NCBI RefSeq assembly: GCF_001194135.2
Contig: NC_068981.1
Span: forward strand, 58,378,707 to 58,442,706
Source of the DNA: Octopus bimaculoides
Lineage: Eukaryota
Direction: 5' to 3'
DNA: 64,000 bases
The translations under genes and the position numbers were made by a program. Positions 14,291 through 28,270 of the stretch are shown here, in pieces (the first letter of the stretch is position 1; the number at the start of each line of letters is the position of its first letter). The notes under the pieces are model-generated. The model did no database searches and was not told the origin of the DNA. It was given only the letters and a program-made list of their open reading frames with translations.

Positions 14291-16044
14291 ACTTTTGGGA
14301 ATGTCATCTGTCATAAACTTGCATTAAATCCAAATACATCTTACTGAATTTTTTAATACATAATTAGGAGCTATACATTAGTCCATTGAGCACCTAAGCA
14401 TTCTAGGAAACATTTTTATTTAAGTCATGCCACCAATTAGAAAAATGTATACAATGACAAAAAAAAAAAAAATTATTAGCATTTATAAAAATACATTGAT
14501 TAAGCTAAATTGGATTTTTCATTGGTTTCAGTCAGATTATGACCATGCTTCAAGAGTTTAACCAGTTACGTGGACATCAATACTTTGTCTGATACTTAGT
14601 TCAAATCCTATCTGGGTAAATTTTGCTTTCCCTCCTTCTGATTTTGTTAACTGGGAGCACAAAGGGACATAACAAACTACCACAATGTATTTTGATTGAT
14701 GTTTTACTGAGTAATCATAATGTGAAAAAAGTATATATTTAAAAAGTCAAGCTTTATTTATTGAATTGAACCGATAGTCTAAAATTGAGACTCAGAACTT
14801 AAGCAAGGCTAGCAGAAAATAGGGATTAAACAGTTAATTTCTTTAAGCCTTACCTGCAGAATATCCATCATTCAATATAATACAAGTAACTTGAAATACC
14901 ACTATGTTTTTTTTTTTTTTTACCTATTACCTGTTTCAGTCATTAGACTGTGATCATGCTGGGGCACCACTTTGAATTTTTAGTCAAATGAATTGACTCC
15001 AGTACTTTTTAAGCCAGGTACTTATTCTATCGGTCTCCTTTGCTGAACCGCTAAGTTACAGGAATGTAAACATACCAACACCAGTTGTTAGGTGGTGATG
15101 GGGAGACAAACATATGGCAAACAAATTATTAGAAGACCTGGGTCCAAAGATTACCAGAAAGAGATATAGACATGCATGTATTTAATATTTATAATCTTTT
15201 AATCAAGGATTATATAACAAGATGCTTATTAGATTTCAATGCTAAGTAAATCTCAAACTCAAAAATTTATGTGCTTGTTAAAAGTCTTTCACATGACATA
15301 TAATGCCATGTGAAAGAATATCTTCTACTCTAAATTACATTAAAAATTTTCAGTATATTAGACTTCTAACTTGGACATGTATATAATCTTTTATTGTCAG
15401 TCCTTTGATTGATTTACAGATGGTACAGTTTTCTAAAAAGAAGTTTCCTGTGATTCTAAAGATTAAATTTAATATCACTCTAAAGGATAACACTACAGCA
15501 GTATGACTTGAACTTCTAACTTCAACAGTAAAGAATTTAACATGTTCAAATAAGCTCCACAAGTTCTGCCAAGTCATAAGTGTCTTGATACTAATTTGGC
15601 AAAGCAAAAGCTTTCAAGCAAACACCATTGTTAATGTTAATTACAGAATGTGTATAAACAGAATTAGTCATGCAGACTAAAAATAGATTGCAATATCTAG
15701 TTAACGCCTTTTACATTCCCAGTTCAAATCACACAAAAGTTAACTTTAGATTTTATCCTCTGAAGTCAATAAAGACAAACTATCAGCCAAGTAATGGGAC
15801 TGCACTTAATTGACTACACCACCCCACAAAATTTGTGACCACATGCCATACTAGAAAAAAAAAAGTTAAAAATTCAATTACAGAATATAATTGAATATGG
15901 AAATTATATGCAGAATATAATTTGCATACCATTTACCATAAACAAAATAAATTTAAATTCAGGAGCCATGTAGGTGAATGATGACGACCACCTCCCAATG
16001 AAAGCAACACCCTCAAGTCATTAATAGATGACCAACAGGCGTGT

Positions 16045-16117
16045 GGGCAAGTGTTCTCTACTGCAGCCTCAAGCTGACCAAAACTTTGAGCGGATTTGGT
16101 AGACAGTGTCTGATAGA

Positions 16118-16163
<46 letters not shown>

Positions 16164-16265
16164 AGCGTGCGTGCGCACGTGAGAGTACCCCACCACTGCT
16201 TGACAACTGGTGATGGCATTTTTACATCCCTGTAACTTAGCAGTTTCGCAAAAGAAACCAAGAGA
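16045..16265 (+). mobile_element. tRNA-derived SINE, internal fragment, near-copy of 16975-17200
   Basis: Shares private variants with the neighbouring copy; head and tail are missing. Confidence 0.8.
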
Positions 16266-16904
16266 CTTGAATAATTTTTTTTTTTTTTAAGTAAAACGTT
16301 GCCCTGATTTGGTAAGGTTATGTAATATCAGTGACTGGTGTGTCTCAGCCAGTGAATCAGAGACATCTAGACAGTTCTTAGGTAGCCAACCCACTAGATC
16401 CATTTAGATGCCCTCACCAAAGAGAGTTCAGCAGGATCTCTAATATTAAAATGGAAATTATCAATTAATACTGAGTTCCACTGGGATGCACAGTGTAAAA
16501 GCTGGAAAGTATTGTCTCTGATAGTTGTTAAATTAGAAGAAAATGTGGAAACTACTGTAAAATAAAAGAAATTTCATGTCTTGTTGAAATCCTTTCATTC
16601 TCCACTGTTTATATCCTTGTAAAAAGAACACAATATCACTTTTCTTAAGTCATCAATATTTTTCAGCTTATTGATTACCATTCAAGGTCATACATAACTA
16701 TCCTTCATATGACTTTAGTTGATAGGAATTAACTAGTTGTCTCATTTACAGTAACTATATCAATTTATAACTTGCCTACTTACCATACAAACTCTGACAA
16801 TGCTAATAGCAAATTTACTAACAGGAGTAATATCAAACAATCATACATTTTAGGATCATGTCTAAATAGTGTCATGAGGCATGGTGATGTATTAAAAATA
16901 GGTA

Positions 16905-17320
16905 CAGACATGGTTGTGTGTATGAAGTTTGCTTCCTAACCACATGGTTCCAGGTTCAATCCCACTGCATGGCACCTTGAGCAAGTGTTTTCTACTGCAG
17001 CCTCAAGCTGACCAAAGCTTTGAGTGGATTTGGTAGACCAATGCTTTAAGTAGATTTGGGCTTCTTTTAGACAGTGTCTGAAAGAAGCCCGGTGTGTGTG
17101 TGTGTGTGTGTGTGCATGCACACGCGTGAGTACCCCACCACTGCTTGACAACTGGTGATGGCATTTTTACATCCCTGTAACTTAGCAGTTCGGCAAAAGA
17201 AACTAAGAGAATAAATACTAGACTTTAAGAAAAAATACTGAGGTCAATTCGTTCAACTAAACTTCTTCAAGAAATGCTCCAGCATAGCTACTATCTAATG
17301 ACTAAAAGAAAAGATAAAAA
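16905..17320 (+). mobile_element. tRNA-derived SINE, near full length
   Basis: Head gtacagacatggttgtgtg...ggttcaatcccactgcatggcaccttgagcaag (B-box-like), central (tg)n, 3' module. Confidence 0.85.
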
Positions 17321-18580
17321 TAACTAAAAAGCAATGCCAAATAACTGGAAAAAAAACTGCTACTAAATTTCGTTTTTTGATTTGTTCCGAAATCATCACT
17401 TTTATAGGAGTCAATGTAAATTTGGTAAGAAGTGTATAGGCTGCTTGAATTTAGGTTACATTTTAGTATCAAAATACTAAACCTGGCATGGCAGTCAAGA
17501 CAGTAAAAAACTCTTGGAAAAGCTGACTTTCGTAACTTGTATGAGTAAAATCAACTTGCTACCATATTAACTGCTTGACCACTGTCCTCTCCTTTTCAGC
17601 CCTGCTCCCCTCTGTATATCAGTCACTGCATTTACTTCCTAGTCTACTTTGTGTCCCTACAGTTATAACCTAATACATTTTTCATTGCTGCTGGCCATTA
17701 CATGACCACTGTCCAATGAAGATACCAGAGTGGTAGAATTTTCTACTCCCAACAACTAAACTTATTAATACGTACAAGCTATGCTTGTGTGATCAGAATT
17801 AATCTGACTTAATAAAATTAATGTAATAGCATGTTACTCATTTCTTCATTTCTCATTACTTCATGCATTATGTATTTACACATAAAATCATCAGTTTAAA
17901 TTACTAGTGCAGTCTATTTAAAACTAGCTACTTAAAACAAGTATTGAACAAGAAATTAAGCCATTTCAAAAACCAGTACACATTCAAGACACTAAATCTT
18001 AATTGAATCCATGTGTACTACAAAATACTGTCACATACACTGTGAGAACTAAACTAGCTAGTCACAAAATCAGTATACAATTGGACCGATGTCTATTAAG
18101 GTTGGGCAAAATGAATCATTTATTTGCATAAGGGGGAAGCTGTTAACTATATTATGATTATTTTCATAAATTCAAGTTAAATGTTGCTAGTCAATTTACT
18201 AACTAAAGTGTAACAATTAAGAACTGAGGAATAAAAAAGACAATGACATCATTTTCATTTACTAATTTATGCAAAGTAATATTTACACTTATAACAGATT
18301 TCTAAAATGTATATTTGACATAAATACAAAGTTTGCATGATTGAAAATATCCCTAAACTAATTTTTAACCCAAAAAATAAACATTGAAATTGATAAATAA
18401 ATCAACAGAAAAAAACAACTATGGTCTGTAGTAAAATTAATTTTTCTATTTTACATACATTGAGCAGCTGCAATTTGTATTTTGAATGGCATTCTTATTT
18501 CATCTATAAAGATTAACTTTTGTAAGTTCTGATCTAATTACCACAATACTGCTCATTGCATTCTTTCATTTTCAAATATA

Positions 18581-19404
18581 CTGTAAAAACCCATGTAATT
18601 TACGCATTTTTCACAAAAATAAAAATAAACTTTAGGGGTGCTTAAATTATATAAGAAGATCGTTTCCAGAATTTAAAAAAATTTTTTTTTTTTTGCTGAG
18701 AAATGACAAACAAAATGTAAACATTCGTACCGGAAGTTGACTCAATGTCAGAATAGGTTTTTACAGCAAAAATAAGGGCTTAAATATAATGAAGTTGACT
18801 TTTATTTAAGCTGGACGGTATAATGCTTACCTTTTCTGTATGAATTTACTAAAACCATTGAATGGTTAACTACTCTTTGAAGTCTGACATTCATGCGGGT
18901 AATCACATTTTACATATTTTACTCAGATGAGTAGTGTCATCCAAGCTGATGTTTATTGGTAATTAAACCTAATGTGCAACACCTGTGCGTATTTATCAGC
19001 TTTGTTTTTGTTGATAATTTTTATCAACAACTTTTCATCTGATCGTGATTTGAGAAGACATACAGCAGTATGCTAAAGAGTATACATAATCACTAGTGGG
19101 TAAGAAATGTAAAATAAAGTTTATTATAAACAACACAAACACTTTGTAATCTAATAGCTTTTAATGTGATACCTGTTAAACAGAAATTATTCTTATTTTA
19201 TGAAAATTTAATGAAATCTAATCATAAGTGAAATTATGCTAAATACAACTAAACTGAAGACCTTTTCCCTCTGGCCATATCGGCAATTCTGAAACTTTTG
19301 GACGTGAATTTTACATTAGTAGAAGCTTTTTTTTTTAACAATTTTTATCCTGAAAATCACCTGCATAAATTACACAGGTGCACAAATTACATGGGTTTTT
19401 ACAG
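18581..19404. mobile_element. Tc1/mariner-superfamily (pogo/Tigger-like) MITE, 824 bp
   Basis: Perfect 21-bp TIR ctgtaaaaacccatgtaattt / aaattacatgggtttttacag, flanked by TA on both sides (18579-18580, 19405-19406). No transposase ORF. Confidence 0.85.
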
Positions 19405-19872
19405 TATGTCCAAAAACCACTAATACCCAAAAAATAGATAATAACTAGCTTCTCTTTATCATTGATTTTTTTATCACTCTTCAAATACATACCTCTCCCA
19501 TATAAAAATAATTCCTTTATGAGATCCATAGTTTAAATACTTCCCACTTCATAAGACATTGTTATACATTAAATACCATTCATTTTAGATGGAGTTGGTT
19601 ATCTTGTTCATACTACTTTTGGTTTATAGAAGTTGACAGATTGGTTATGGCAGTACTTGTATTGAATTTGGTGTTGGTGAAGGTGTGTGTACAAACAACA
19701 ACCAACACCAAAGAACATTTGAATAACAAATTGGCAAAAACTAAAACAACATCAACAAGATAGCAATGACTGTAGCTACATAGGTTGTATATTAACACAA
19801 TGGGGAAAGACAGAGAGTAGAGTATGGAGATTTTATGGCTTAAATCAGGGTTGCAAAGAGTCCGTATATATA

Positions 19873-19923
<51 letters not shown>

Positions 19924-20183
19924 CAATTAAAAGGGTAAAGGCTTATCAATTTATTAATAAATTAACAATTAATAATTTTTACCAAGCCCTTCGGTATGTA
20001 AACACGATTATCAGTGAGGAACTTATTTAAAAGTTCTTATACATTTATAAACATAATTAAGGGATGAGCAACAGCTGCTTCACCACATACCGAAGTATGT
20101 TGGAGTTTCAGCATTTTAGCTGCTATTTCTGAACTTCGGTATGTGGTGAAGCAACTGCTGCTGATCCCTTATGTGTGTGTATA

Positions 20184-20225
<42 letters not shown>

Positions 20226-20228
<3 letters not shown>

Positions 20229-20369
20229 GCATCCAGCTGTAGAAACTCTGCCAAATCAGATTGGAGCCTGGTGTTGCCATCCGGTTTCACTAGTCCTCAG
20301 TCAAATCGTCCAACCCATGCTAGCATGGAAAGCGGACGTTAAACGATGATGATGATGATGATGATGATA
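20226..20369 (+). mobile_element. Young (GAT)n-tailed RTE 3'UTR-family element, 5'-truncated
   Basis: gggcatccagctgtagaaactctgccaaatcagattggagcc...gacgttaaac(gat)n. Confidence 0.9.
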
Positions 20370-20685
20370 CATACTCTCAGCCACACACAGAGCCACGATC
20401 ACAAGTTATGCAGATGATACAAATGTCTCACAGGTAAAAACAGAAACCTGAAGACACTATGCACCTACAATGTGAGCTGGATGAAATATACAAGTGGCCT
20501 GAAAAGAATAACATGCAGTTTAATGCTGAAAAGTTTCAAGCCCTGTGCTATCAGCATACAAAACTAAATGCAGTACCCGTTAAATACAATGGACTGGAGG
20601 GACTACAATCCCAGAGGCACAGTCAGTGCATGACGTGGGCATTTACATGAGTAATAATGCATCCTTTCATATTCATGTTGCTAAA
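20370..20685 (+). mobile_element. CR1-clade LINE RT fragment
   Basis: SYADDTNVS, LQCELDEIYKWPEKNNMQFNAEKFQ, DVGIYMSNNASFHIHV. Confidence 0.8.
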
Positions 20686-20785
20686 NNNNNNNNNNNNNNN
20701 NNNNNNNNNNNNNNNNNNNNNNNNNNNNNNNNNNNNNNNNNNNNNNNNNNNNNNNNNNNNNNNNNNNNNNNNNNNNNNNNNNNNN

Positions 20786-21090
20786 TCGTGAAATTAACGT
20801 GCAAGTGGCTGAGCACTCTACAGATACGTGTACCCATAACGTAGTTCTCTGGGATATTCAGCATGACAAGGCTGACCCTTTGAATTACAGGCACAACAGG
20901 AAGAGGAAGCAAGAGTGAGAGAAAGTTGTGGTGAAAGAGTACAGCAGGGTTCGCCATCATCGTCGGAGCCTCGTGGATCTTTAGGTGTTTTCACTCAATA
21001 AACACTCACAACGCCCCAGTCTGGGAATCGAAACCGCAATCCTAGGACCATGAGTCCACTGCCCTAACCACTGGGCCATTGTGCCTCCAC
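20786..21090 (-). mobile_element. tRNA-derived SINE (same family as 36137-36470)
   Basis: Reverse complement starts gtggaggcacaatggcccagtggttagggcag (A-box) ...gcggtttcgattccc (B-box). Confidence 0.85.
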
Positions 21091-22620
21091 AATTTGTAGC
21101 ATATGGCTTGAATTACAAACATGAATTGTTGAAGTTTCATGTCGATGTCTGGCGAAGAGAGACATTTAGGCCAGTTTTGTTTGAGGATCTCTTTCTCAAT
21201 TTGTTTCCAGTTTGCCTTATAGAAGTTCAAGCTGGAAAGATTTTGAGAGTTTCTAGTAGGCTGCATGTCCATGGTTTCCTTTGGTCCATACATGGTCAGC
21301 TCTACCACGTTGTGATCCGAGAGCAGCGTCAGTGTCACTTTCACATTATGGATGAGATCCATATCATTTGTGAAGCAGAGATCCAGTATATTACCTGCCC
21401 TGGTCGGTTGGAGTACTATTTGTTCCATGTACAAAGTGTTGAGGTTCAGGAGGGACTTCACCTGTCCGTGTTCGCATTGTGCCATTCCTGGGATAGAAAT
21501 CTCCCATAAGAAGTACACTTCAAACTTGTGCATGATTCGGAGCATTTGGAGGGTGATATGTAGTACATATAACTACATCAAGTTGTCTTATATGTACATT
21601 TAGTGTTACATACTGAATCTGAGTATGACAAAAGGACCTGGGATGTGAGGTCTTAACAGATGTAGATAGCAACTCCACCATGACTCCTTTCTTTTTTGTC
21701 AGTCCATAATACAATATACTGTGGTATGTGTATTTCTGCATTTGCTATATCTGGTCTCAGATGTGTTTCCGTAAGTGCAATCAAGCATAAGGCTTGATTG
21801 CATCCAACAAGGTCTCTCAGGAAAGGAATTTGTCTTATTACTAAGTGTTAACAGTCCTCTGATGTTCAGTAAGAGCACCAATGTGATGTCTATGTTGTTG
21901 CCAGTGGTGTCGTGTCCACCTTGGGTCCATTTACTGTGGTGGTCTTGTGTATATAGATATATCAGTTGGGTGTGAAGTTGGGGTATTTCTAGAGAAGCAC
22001 TCAACCCAAATACTGGGTTATCAACACTGTCTGGATCCAAGCTAAGGCCAGAATACTTTTGGTGTAGAAAATTCAAGTTTCACAATGATTATTCTGTCAT
22101 ATGGTTTGGTGAAGAGTGAATAATCCAATGAAAAGACTAAAAAATTCTTTAACACATCTTTAATTAAAAACGTGTTAGAATTTTGTCTTCTTTTCATTGT
22201 GTGTGTGTGTGTGTGTGTGTATGTGTGTATATATGCACATATACAGAATATATACACATACATATACATATGTATATATCAGGCATGTAAAAAGCACCAT
22301 TTGAGCATGGTCGTTGCCAGTGCTGCCTGACTGGCTCCCATGCCAGTGGCACATAAAAAGCACTCACTACACTCTCAGAGTGGTTGATGTTAGGAAGGGC
22401 ATCCAGCTGTAGAAAGTTTGCCAGATCAGATTGGAGCCTGGTACAGCCTTCTGGCTTGCCAGCCCTCGGTCAGACCATCCAACCCATGCCAGCATGGAAA
22501 ACAGACGTTAAATGATGATGATGATATACAAATATGTATTCATAAACATACATGTAGAAACGTGCATATACATACATATGCACTTGCACCAACATGCACA
22601 AATCTATATATATGCACATA

Positions 22621-22658
<38 letters not shown>

Positions 22659-23200
22659 CATCCATGAGGTCAACTCAATTTTGCTCAAACACTTTCTTAT
22701 TGTACACATAAGCCTGTATTAGTTTTCATAACATTTATACCATGGACTCTCAGATCACAACCTGGCTACTTTGTGATAAATATAGCAAATAATTTTGTTT
22801 ATTAAATCACAAAGACCAACAGCAGTTCTGGCCTTATACACTCGTCCAAAATAGGCCTTTGGCCCAGCAGTATCTTGGCACATTTTGGGACATAAATGAA
22901 TGCAGTATGACTAAGCTGTTGGAGCTTTATACATGCTGGTCTCCCTTCCATTTGCAGATGACAAGGCCGACTTGAAAGAGTGATGTGCATACACAAACTG
23001 CATAATCAAGACTATCTCTGATCCCCGCACTATGCGGAGCTTTAACATCCTGCAGTTTTCAATGTTTACATTATACTACTTGAAGGACACTTCAAAAATT
23101 TCTCAAACTGCGAGCTATTGTTTTTAGCTGTAGATCACCATTCACTTGTATTCAGTACAAGATGCTCTCAATGAGGACTGCTTTTTTTTTTATTACTTTT
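21091..23200 (-). mobile_element. CR1-clade LINE 5' part (ORF1 relic + AP endonuclease), interrupted by microsatellites and a short element
   Basis: LLLNIRGLLT, ICTTYHPP, NILDLCFTN, LLSDHNVVEL, LNFYKANW. A Cys/His ORF1-like segment (CIHLCPKMC) lies near 22890. Confidence 0.75.
22280..22525 (+). mobile_element. (GAT)n-tailed RTE 3'UTR-family element
   Basis: Dual-hairpin unit plus family 3' end with gatgatgatgat tail. Confidence 0.85.
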
Positions 23201-23269
23201 TTTGTGACGTCATAAAATTTTTCTTTGGTTTGTCTTGGGGATGCTTACTGAGAACAAATTTTCCATATA

Positions 23270-23710
23270 GTAATTGCTTGCAAGCCTGAAATCATCAAGA
23301 TGGACATGGCCAACCCATCAAATATTGTACCTGCCTTTTTCCAGCATCTCTCTATTATTAACTATATACATTAGATTCAGAGTTCATCAAAGGCTGAGGT
23401 TGTGTCCCATACCCTCCTACACACACAATTCAGGCTCACAACATAAAATACACTGCAACATAATTTCTTTTCCTCAACAGGCTCTGATCTATTTAACATT
23501 ATCCCAAAACAAATCCAAGACGCAAAGGATCCTATCACCTTCAAACGAAACCTGGACAAATTTCTTCAAGAGATACCAGATAAGCCTATACCTGGAAACA
23601 TCCCATCAACAAGTTCCTACTTGAATGGGTCATGATACCACAAAACTTGACCAAAAAATGACTTAACAGATCCTGTCAGGTGGTGCTATCAATTTAGACC
23701 ATGGCCTAAG
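23270..23710 (+). mobile_element. CR1-clade LINE 3' end
   Basis: GSDLFNIIPKQIQD...FKRNLDKFLQEIPDKP followed by a short 3'UTR. Confidence 0.7.
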
Positions 23711-24271
23711 CCAATTTTTTTCAAGTTACACACAGAGTAAACTCCCTCTTATTTAGTACACGCATAACGAGAACTTTCAAGCAACCAGCAAACCAACATT
23801 CAGAAGAAAAAAATATGCGTTAATTAGAACCATGGGAATTTTTGCTAATTTGTGTTGGTATTAAAAGAAAAAAGTTACTTCTGTACCTGAAACAGAACGT
23901 TACTTCTCGAAGTACAGTATTTTATTTTACTGAATCCACAGTAATTAACAGGCAGGTAGACAGAGATATTCATATGCACACACGAGCGTGAGTGTATGCG
24001 AGAGTCCGCAAATGAATGGGAAGATGTATTTTTTGGACTGTGATTCAAATCTTACCTTAAAAATATGGAAGGAAATGCATCAGATGTGGAAACAGAGTAC
24101 TAGTAAAATGCACTTGAAATACTTCTGTTTTTGTGTTTGTTTTTATCATTGCACAGCCATGCTAGTTGCAATCAGCTACCATGATTTTAGTGATGCTGTA
24201 AATCACTGGGTAGTAGTGTATTTATTTCATAAGAATTTTAATCTTAACTGTGGAGGGTAGCTGGAATCATT

Positions 24272-24344
<73 letters not shown>

Positions 24345-26039
24345 CCGCTGTCTTTTGCTTGCACTTTAATTTGGTCAGAAGGGAAGGGGACTGTAGAACT
24401 ACTGTTTCACATTTCAAATTATTAGAATTAGAAATGAAGCTAATTATGCTGTTTTTAATTAAACGAATTGTCGGTACATTTTCTTTTCCAAAAGGTAGCT
24501 TAACGTTTCAATAAGCAAATTTAACGGAGAAATTGTGCTGTTACAGTTGGCGATTTAGGTCTACGAAACAAGAACAAACGGGCTTCCACTGTTACCAAAT
24601 TTAACTCAACACGGCTTTAATCAAACAGAGGCTACAGTAGAAGTCACTTGTCCGAGGTGCAGCACATATGTACCGAACCAGAAACGATTTAGTTACGAAA
24701 TGAACCTCTTAGCTACACAACCCCTGTCTACGCCTAATAGGCTTGAGAAAGGAGGGGGCGTATTTGATAACTCAAGAAAATAGTGGGACGGTCTTATCTG
24801 GAAAACCTTTCGTCATACGTCTATTGTCACAGCTATACTCGAGCTTTTGAAGAATATGTATATATTTTTCAAAGCTTTTAGATATACATCGTATAGATAA
24901 ATACTGGATTCCATCATAAACGCAAGAACCACAGTATATTTAAAATTACCTTTTTGTGCCCAGCTGCTTTCATTTTAAGCTTTTCGTTTATTTCTAGCTT
25001 GAAACTATAATCTCACTAAGAACAAAATGGTGCTAAATGATACACCTCAAACATACAAAATGCCGTTTTTTTTTTTTTGTTTTTTTTTTAAGTGAAGAAA
25101 TGATGGGAGGTGGGGAACAAATCATAAAAAGAACGATATATTCAAATTATATAAAATATTTTGTAGAGAATGTTAAAATGCTTATAAAAATTAAATAAAA
25201 GTGAAAACTATTAGAAATAAAAATACAAACATAGATAATTAAATAATACTTTTAACTCTAGCAAGAGTTATAAAGTTATTAGTCGTCCTAAAAGTACTAT
25301 CCAATAATATTTGAGAAAATCGCCTATTTGAATCTGCAGCATTTCAACAGTTAACTGCCCTTGGAATTTTGACGCTTTAAGTATTCCTTAATAACTTGAT
25401 TCAACATAGAAATGCAGTAGTAATATAATCAACGAAAATTTTTCCAAGTATTCTACCTTCCGTTTCATATGTAGTAAAAATATCAATTATACTAACAGAT
25501 TTCCAGTTATTGCCCAATACAATGTAAAACCGATAATTAAGAAGAAAATACTTATTTTTGGAATAATTCAGAATATAGCTGCGAAAATGTCCCTATTAAT
25601 TCTACCTTAATTAATTAAAATAGATACGAACGATCTAAGACAAACTAAATGCAAATAAAGTGAAACTGTTCGTGAGTTATTCAAAAGTGATGTTGCAGAC
25701 ATTTATTTTTTAATAATCAATGGATTGAGGTCAACAGAAAATTAAATATGTCAGACTTATAGTCATAATTAAGCTACACTTTCATTATTACATCTGTTGC
25801 AGATCAAAATATTAATGTTATAATATATCATAAAAATTAAATAATTATCTAAAAACTATCGAAAGGGAGGCTAATTTCATAGAGTATAAGCCATTCTAAA
25901 TAATCGAGATTTCATCGTTTATTCAGTAGTGTAAGTAAACGTGAGTGAAAAGGGCGTGAGAAAATGAAGTTTACGAAGAAAATCTGAAGTAATTCAGTCA
26001 TAGGTGGTTTATTAAACTACATTTCAATCGTAATTACAT

Positions 26040-26081
<42 letters not shown>

Positions 26082-27678
26082 NNNNNNNNNNNNNNNNNNN
26101 NNNNNNNNNNNNNNNNNNNNNNNNNNNNNNNNNNNNNNNNNNNNNNNNNNNNNNNNNNNNNNNNNNNNNNNNNNNNNNNNNNNNNNNNNNNNNNNNNNNN
26201 NNNNNNNNNNNNNNNNNNNNNNNNNNNNNNNNNNNNNNNNNNNNNNNNNNNNNNNNNNNNNNNNNNNNNNTAAAAATTTTTCTTGTGGAAAATAAAAATT
26301 ATTCGCTGAAAAGAAATGACTTAGTTGAGTCACGAATAAATTTAGTTTAAAATAAACATCTTTAACAGATAAGCAAGTACGTAAAATATTAAAATCGTAA
26401 CTCCTTCCTACAAAAAAAAAAAACCCTTCATAAATAAGAAAAAAAAGACTCTGATTCGGCCAACTTACAGGACACCATTCATTATTACTAACAGCAAAAA
26501 AGAAAAAAAAAAAAAATGGAATATTTATAATCGAACAGATTTTTATTTCAAGCGAATTACGTATAATGTACATGGTTTATTCGACTAAGGTTCATTTGTT
26601 AAAAATCCCCAAGAATGGGCAGAAAATGGAGCATTTTAAACACGTCATGACAGACAGTCACCACTGTCAAAACATTTAGGAATTTTTTTTAAAAAACCAA
26701 AGGGAATTAAATTATTCTTTAGACAAAAGGAATAATTCACTTGCTTTCATGTTAAAATAGTAGATTAATGATAGATGTCAAAATGAATTTGATGAAACCG
26801 TTGTGATTCTTGCGTACAATAGATGTCAAATGAACTGAAACTGGATATTGAAAAAGAAATTTTTCTTGAAGATTAATTTACTAACAGCTAATTGTAAACT
26901 AATATACAAATGAATAAAAATTGAATTTAAAAATGAAGCAGTTTAAAATGCATTGTAAATGTGACATTTTCAAGCATTTTAATTGAAAATAGCGTTAAAT
27001 TTCATTTTACATTCTTGCTCAGATATTGCAACAAGTGAGTTAGTTCCTCAAGAATGATTCTAAATTTCGAGTCCATTTTCAGATTATGTCGAAAAGGATA
27101 GAAATATTTAGCATTTTGCTAAAATGTATAATGACAAATATATCTCACGGGAGAAGGCTGACAAAATGACAGTTGGCAAAAATTTGGATATAAAAAAATC
27201 TTAACAGTTTCTAAATAATTACTTAAATTATTATTGATATGATCACATGGTTGCCACCATAGAATTAAGATATTAGAAATGCCTAAGGTTGAATATCTTT
27301 CAAAATCGCAAGGAAAATAAAAAAATCATAGCACTTCGAAAAATATTTGACGATTAGTAGAACGAATTTCAAGAGCTAGAATGCAGTGAGGCAGATGACA
27401 GTAGATGGTGTAAGTGAAAGATGAAAAATGAAAGCTCTTAGGTAAAAACGAAAGCTTCGCATAAGATTCTAAGTATGCGGTGGGCACAATTTCAGGGACT
27501 GAAATAACAGATGCTGACCGTTATAAAACAGGTAAAACACTCAGCATCTTTTCGTACATGCTCGTTTTCTTTTTGACAGCGTTTTCGACTAAATTATGAT
27601 ACATACAGTGGCAGTTGTTGATTTATGTTACATTCTCAACAAACAATAAACGCAATATTTTATAAAGAATATACTTAC

Positions 27679-28046
27679 CCTAAGACATATGTAGGGTAAT
27701 TTTTATCCTTACTTTTCCAAGGAATTAGAGCGCCATCTTTTCCAAGTAAATGCTTTACTGAGGAATGATTCAAGCCATACGTACTGGCACGATTTTCACG
27801 CTTGCGTTTCAATTGATTTTGTTGATTTAAAACATTATGGTCACCATTCGTTTGTGTATTCTTTCCATCGAGTATATTAATATAATCCAAAGATATACAT
27901 TCTTGAGATTTTTGGTCCGAATTTACTAAGTTACTGTTATTGAGGTACATGCTGTCCACGCCTATTTGCGCCTCCCAAATTTTAGTCCAAAGAGTATGGG
28001 CTCGTCCAAGATGCTCCGGTGGAAACCAAGCAGTTCTTGGATCCAT
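27679..28046 (-). CDS. TENT4: TENT4/PAPD5-PAPD7/Trf4-like non-canonical poly(A) polymerase, coding exon 1
   Basis: Translates MDPRTAWFPPEHLG...LWTKIWE...KRKRENRASTYGLN...PWK, matching the TENT4A/B N-terminal MDPRxAWxxPE and KRKRxNxASTYGLN motifs. Ends GG|gtaagt (phase 2), in frame with exon 2. Confidence 0.93.
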
Positions 28047-28149
28047 ATACCTGCGAAAAAGAGGCCTTCCTCGTCTGGTTCAGTTTATTTTTTATTTTCC
28101 TTTTTTAAATCTCTCTTAGATTAACCAGACTCTGGCGGTGACCTTTTTC

Positions 28150-28270
28150 AAGCGAGGTTAGAAAGTCGGTGGCCGACTACTTTTCAAATTTTTCAATGAT
28201 GAAGAAAGTAGTGCGCATGTGCCACTGTCCATAGTTTAATCGAAAGAATGGAATAACATTGCGGAATTCG
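28150..28270 (-). promoter_or_regulatory. Probable TENT4 promoter region
   Basis: CpG-retaining segment 100-220 bp upstream of the ATG, with an NRF1-like GTGCGCATGTGC at about 28211-28222. Confidence 0.35.
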
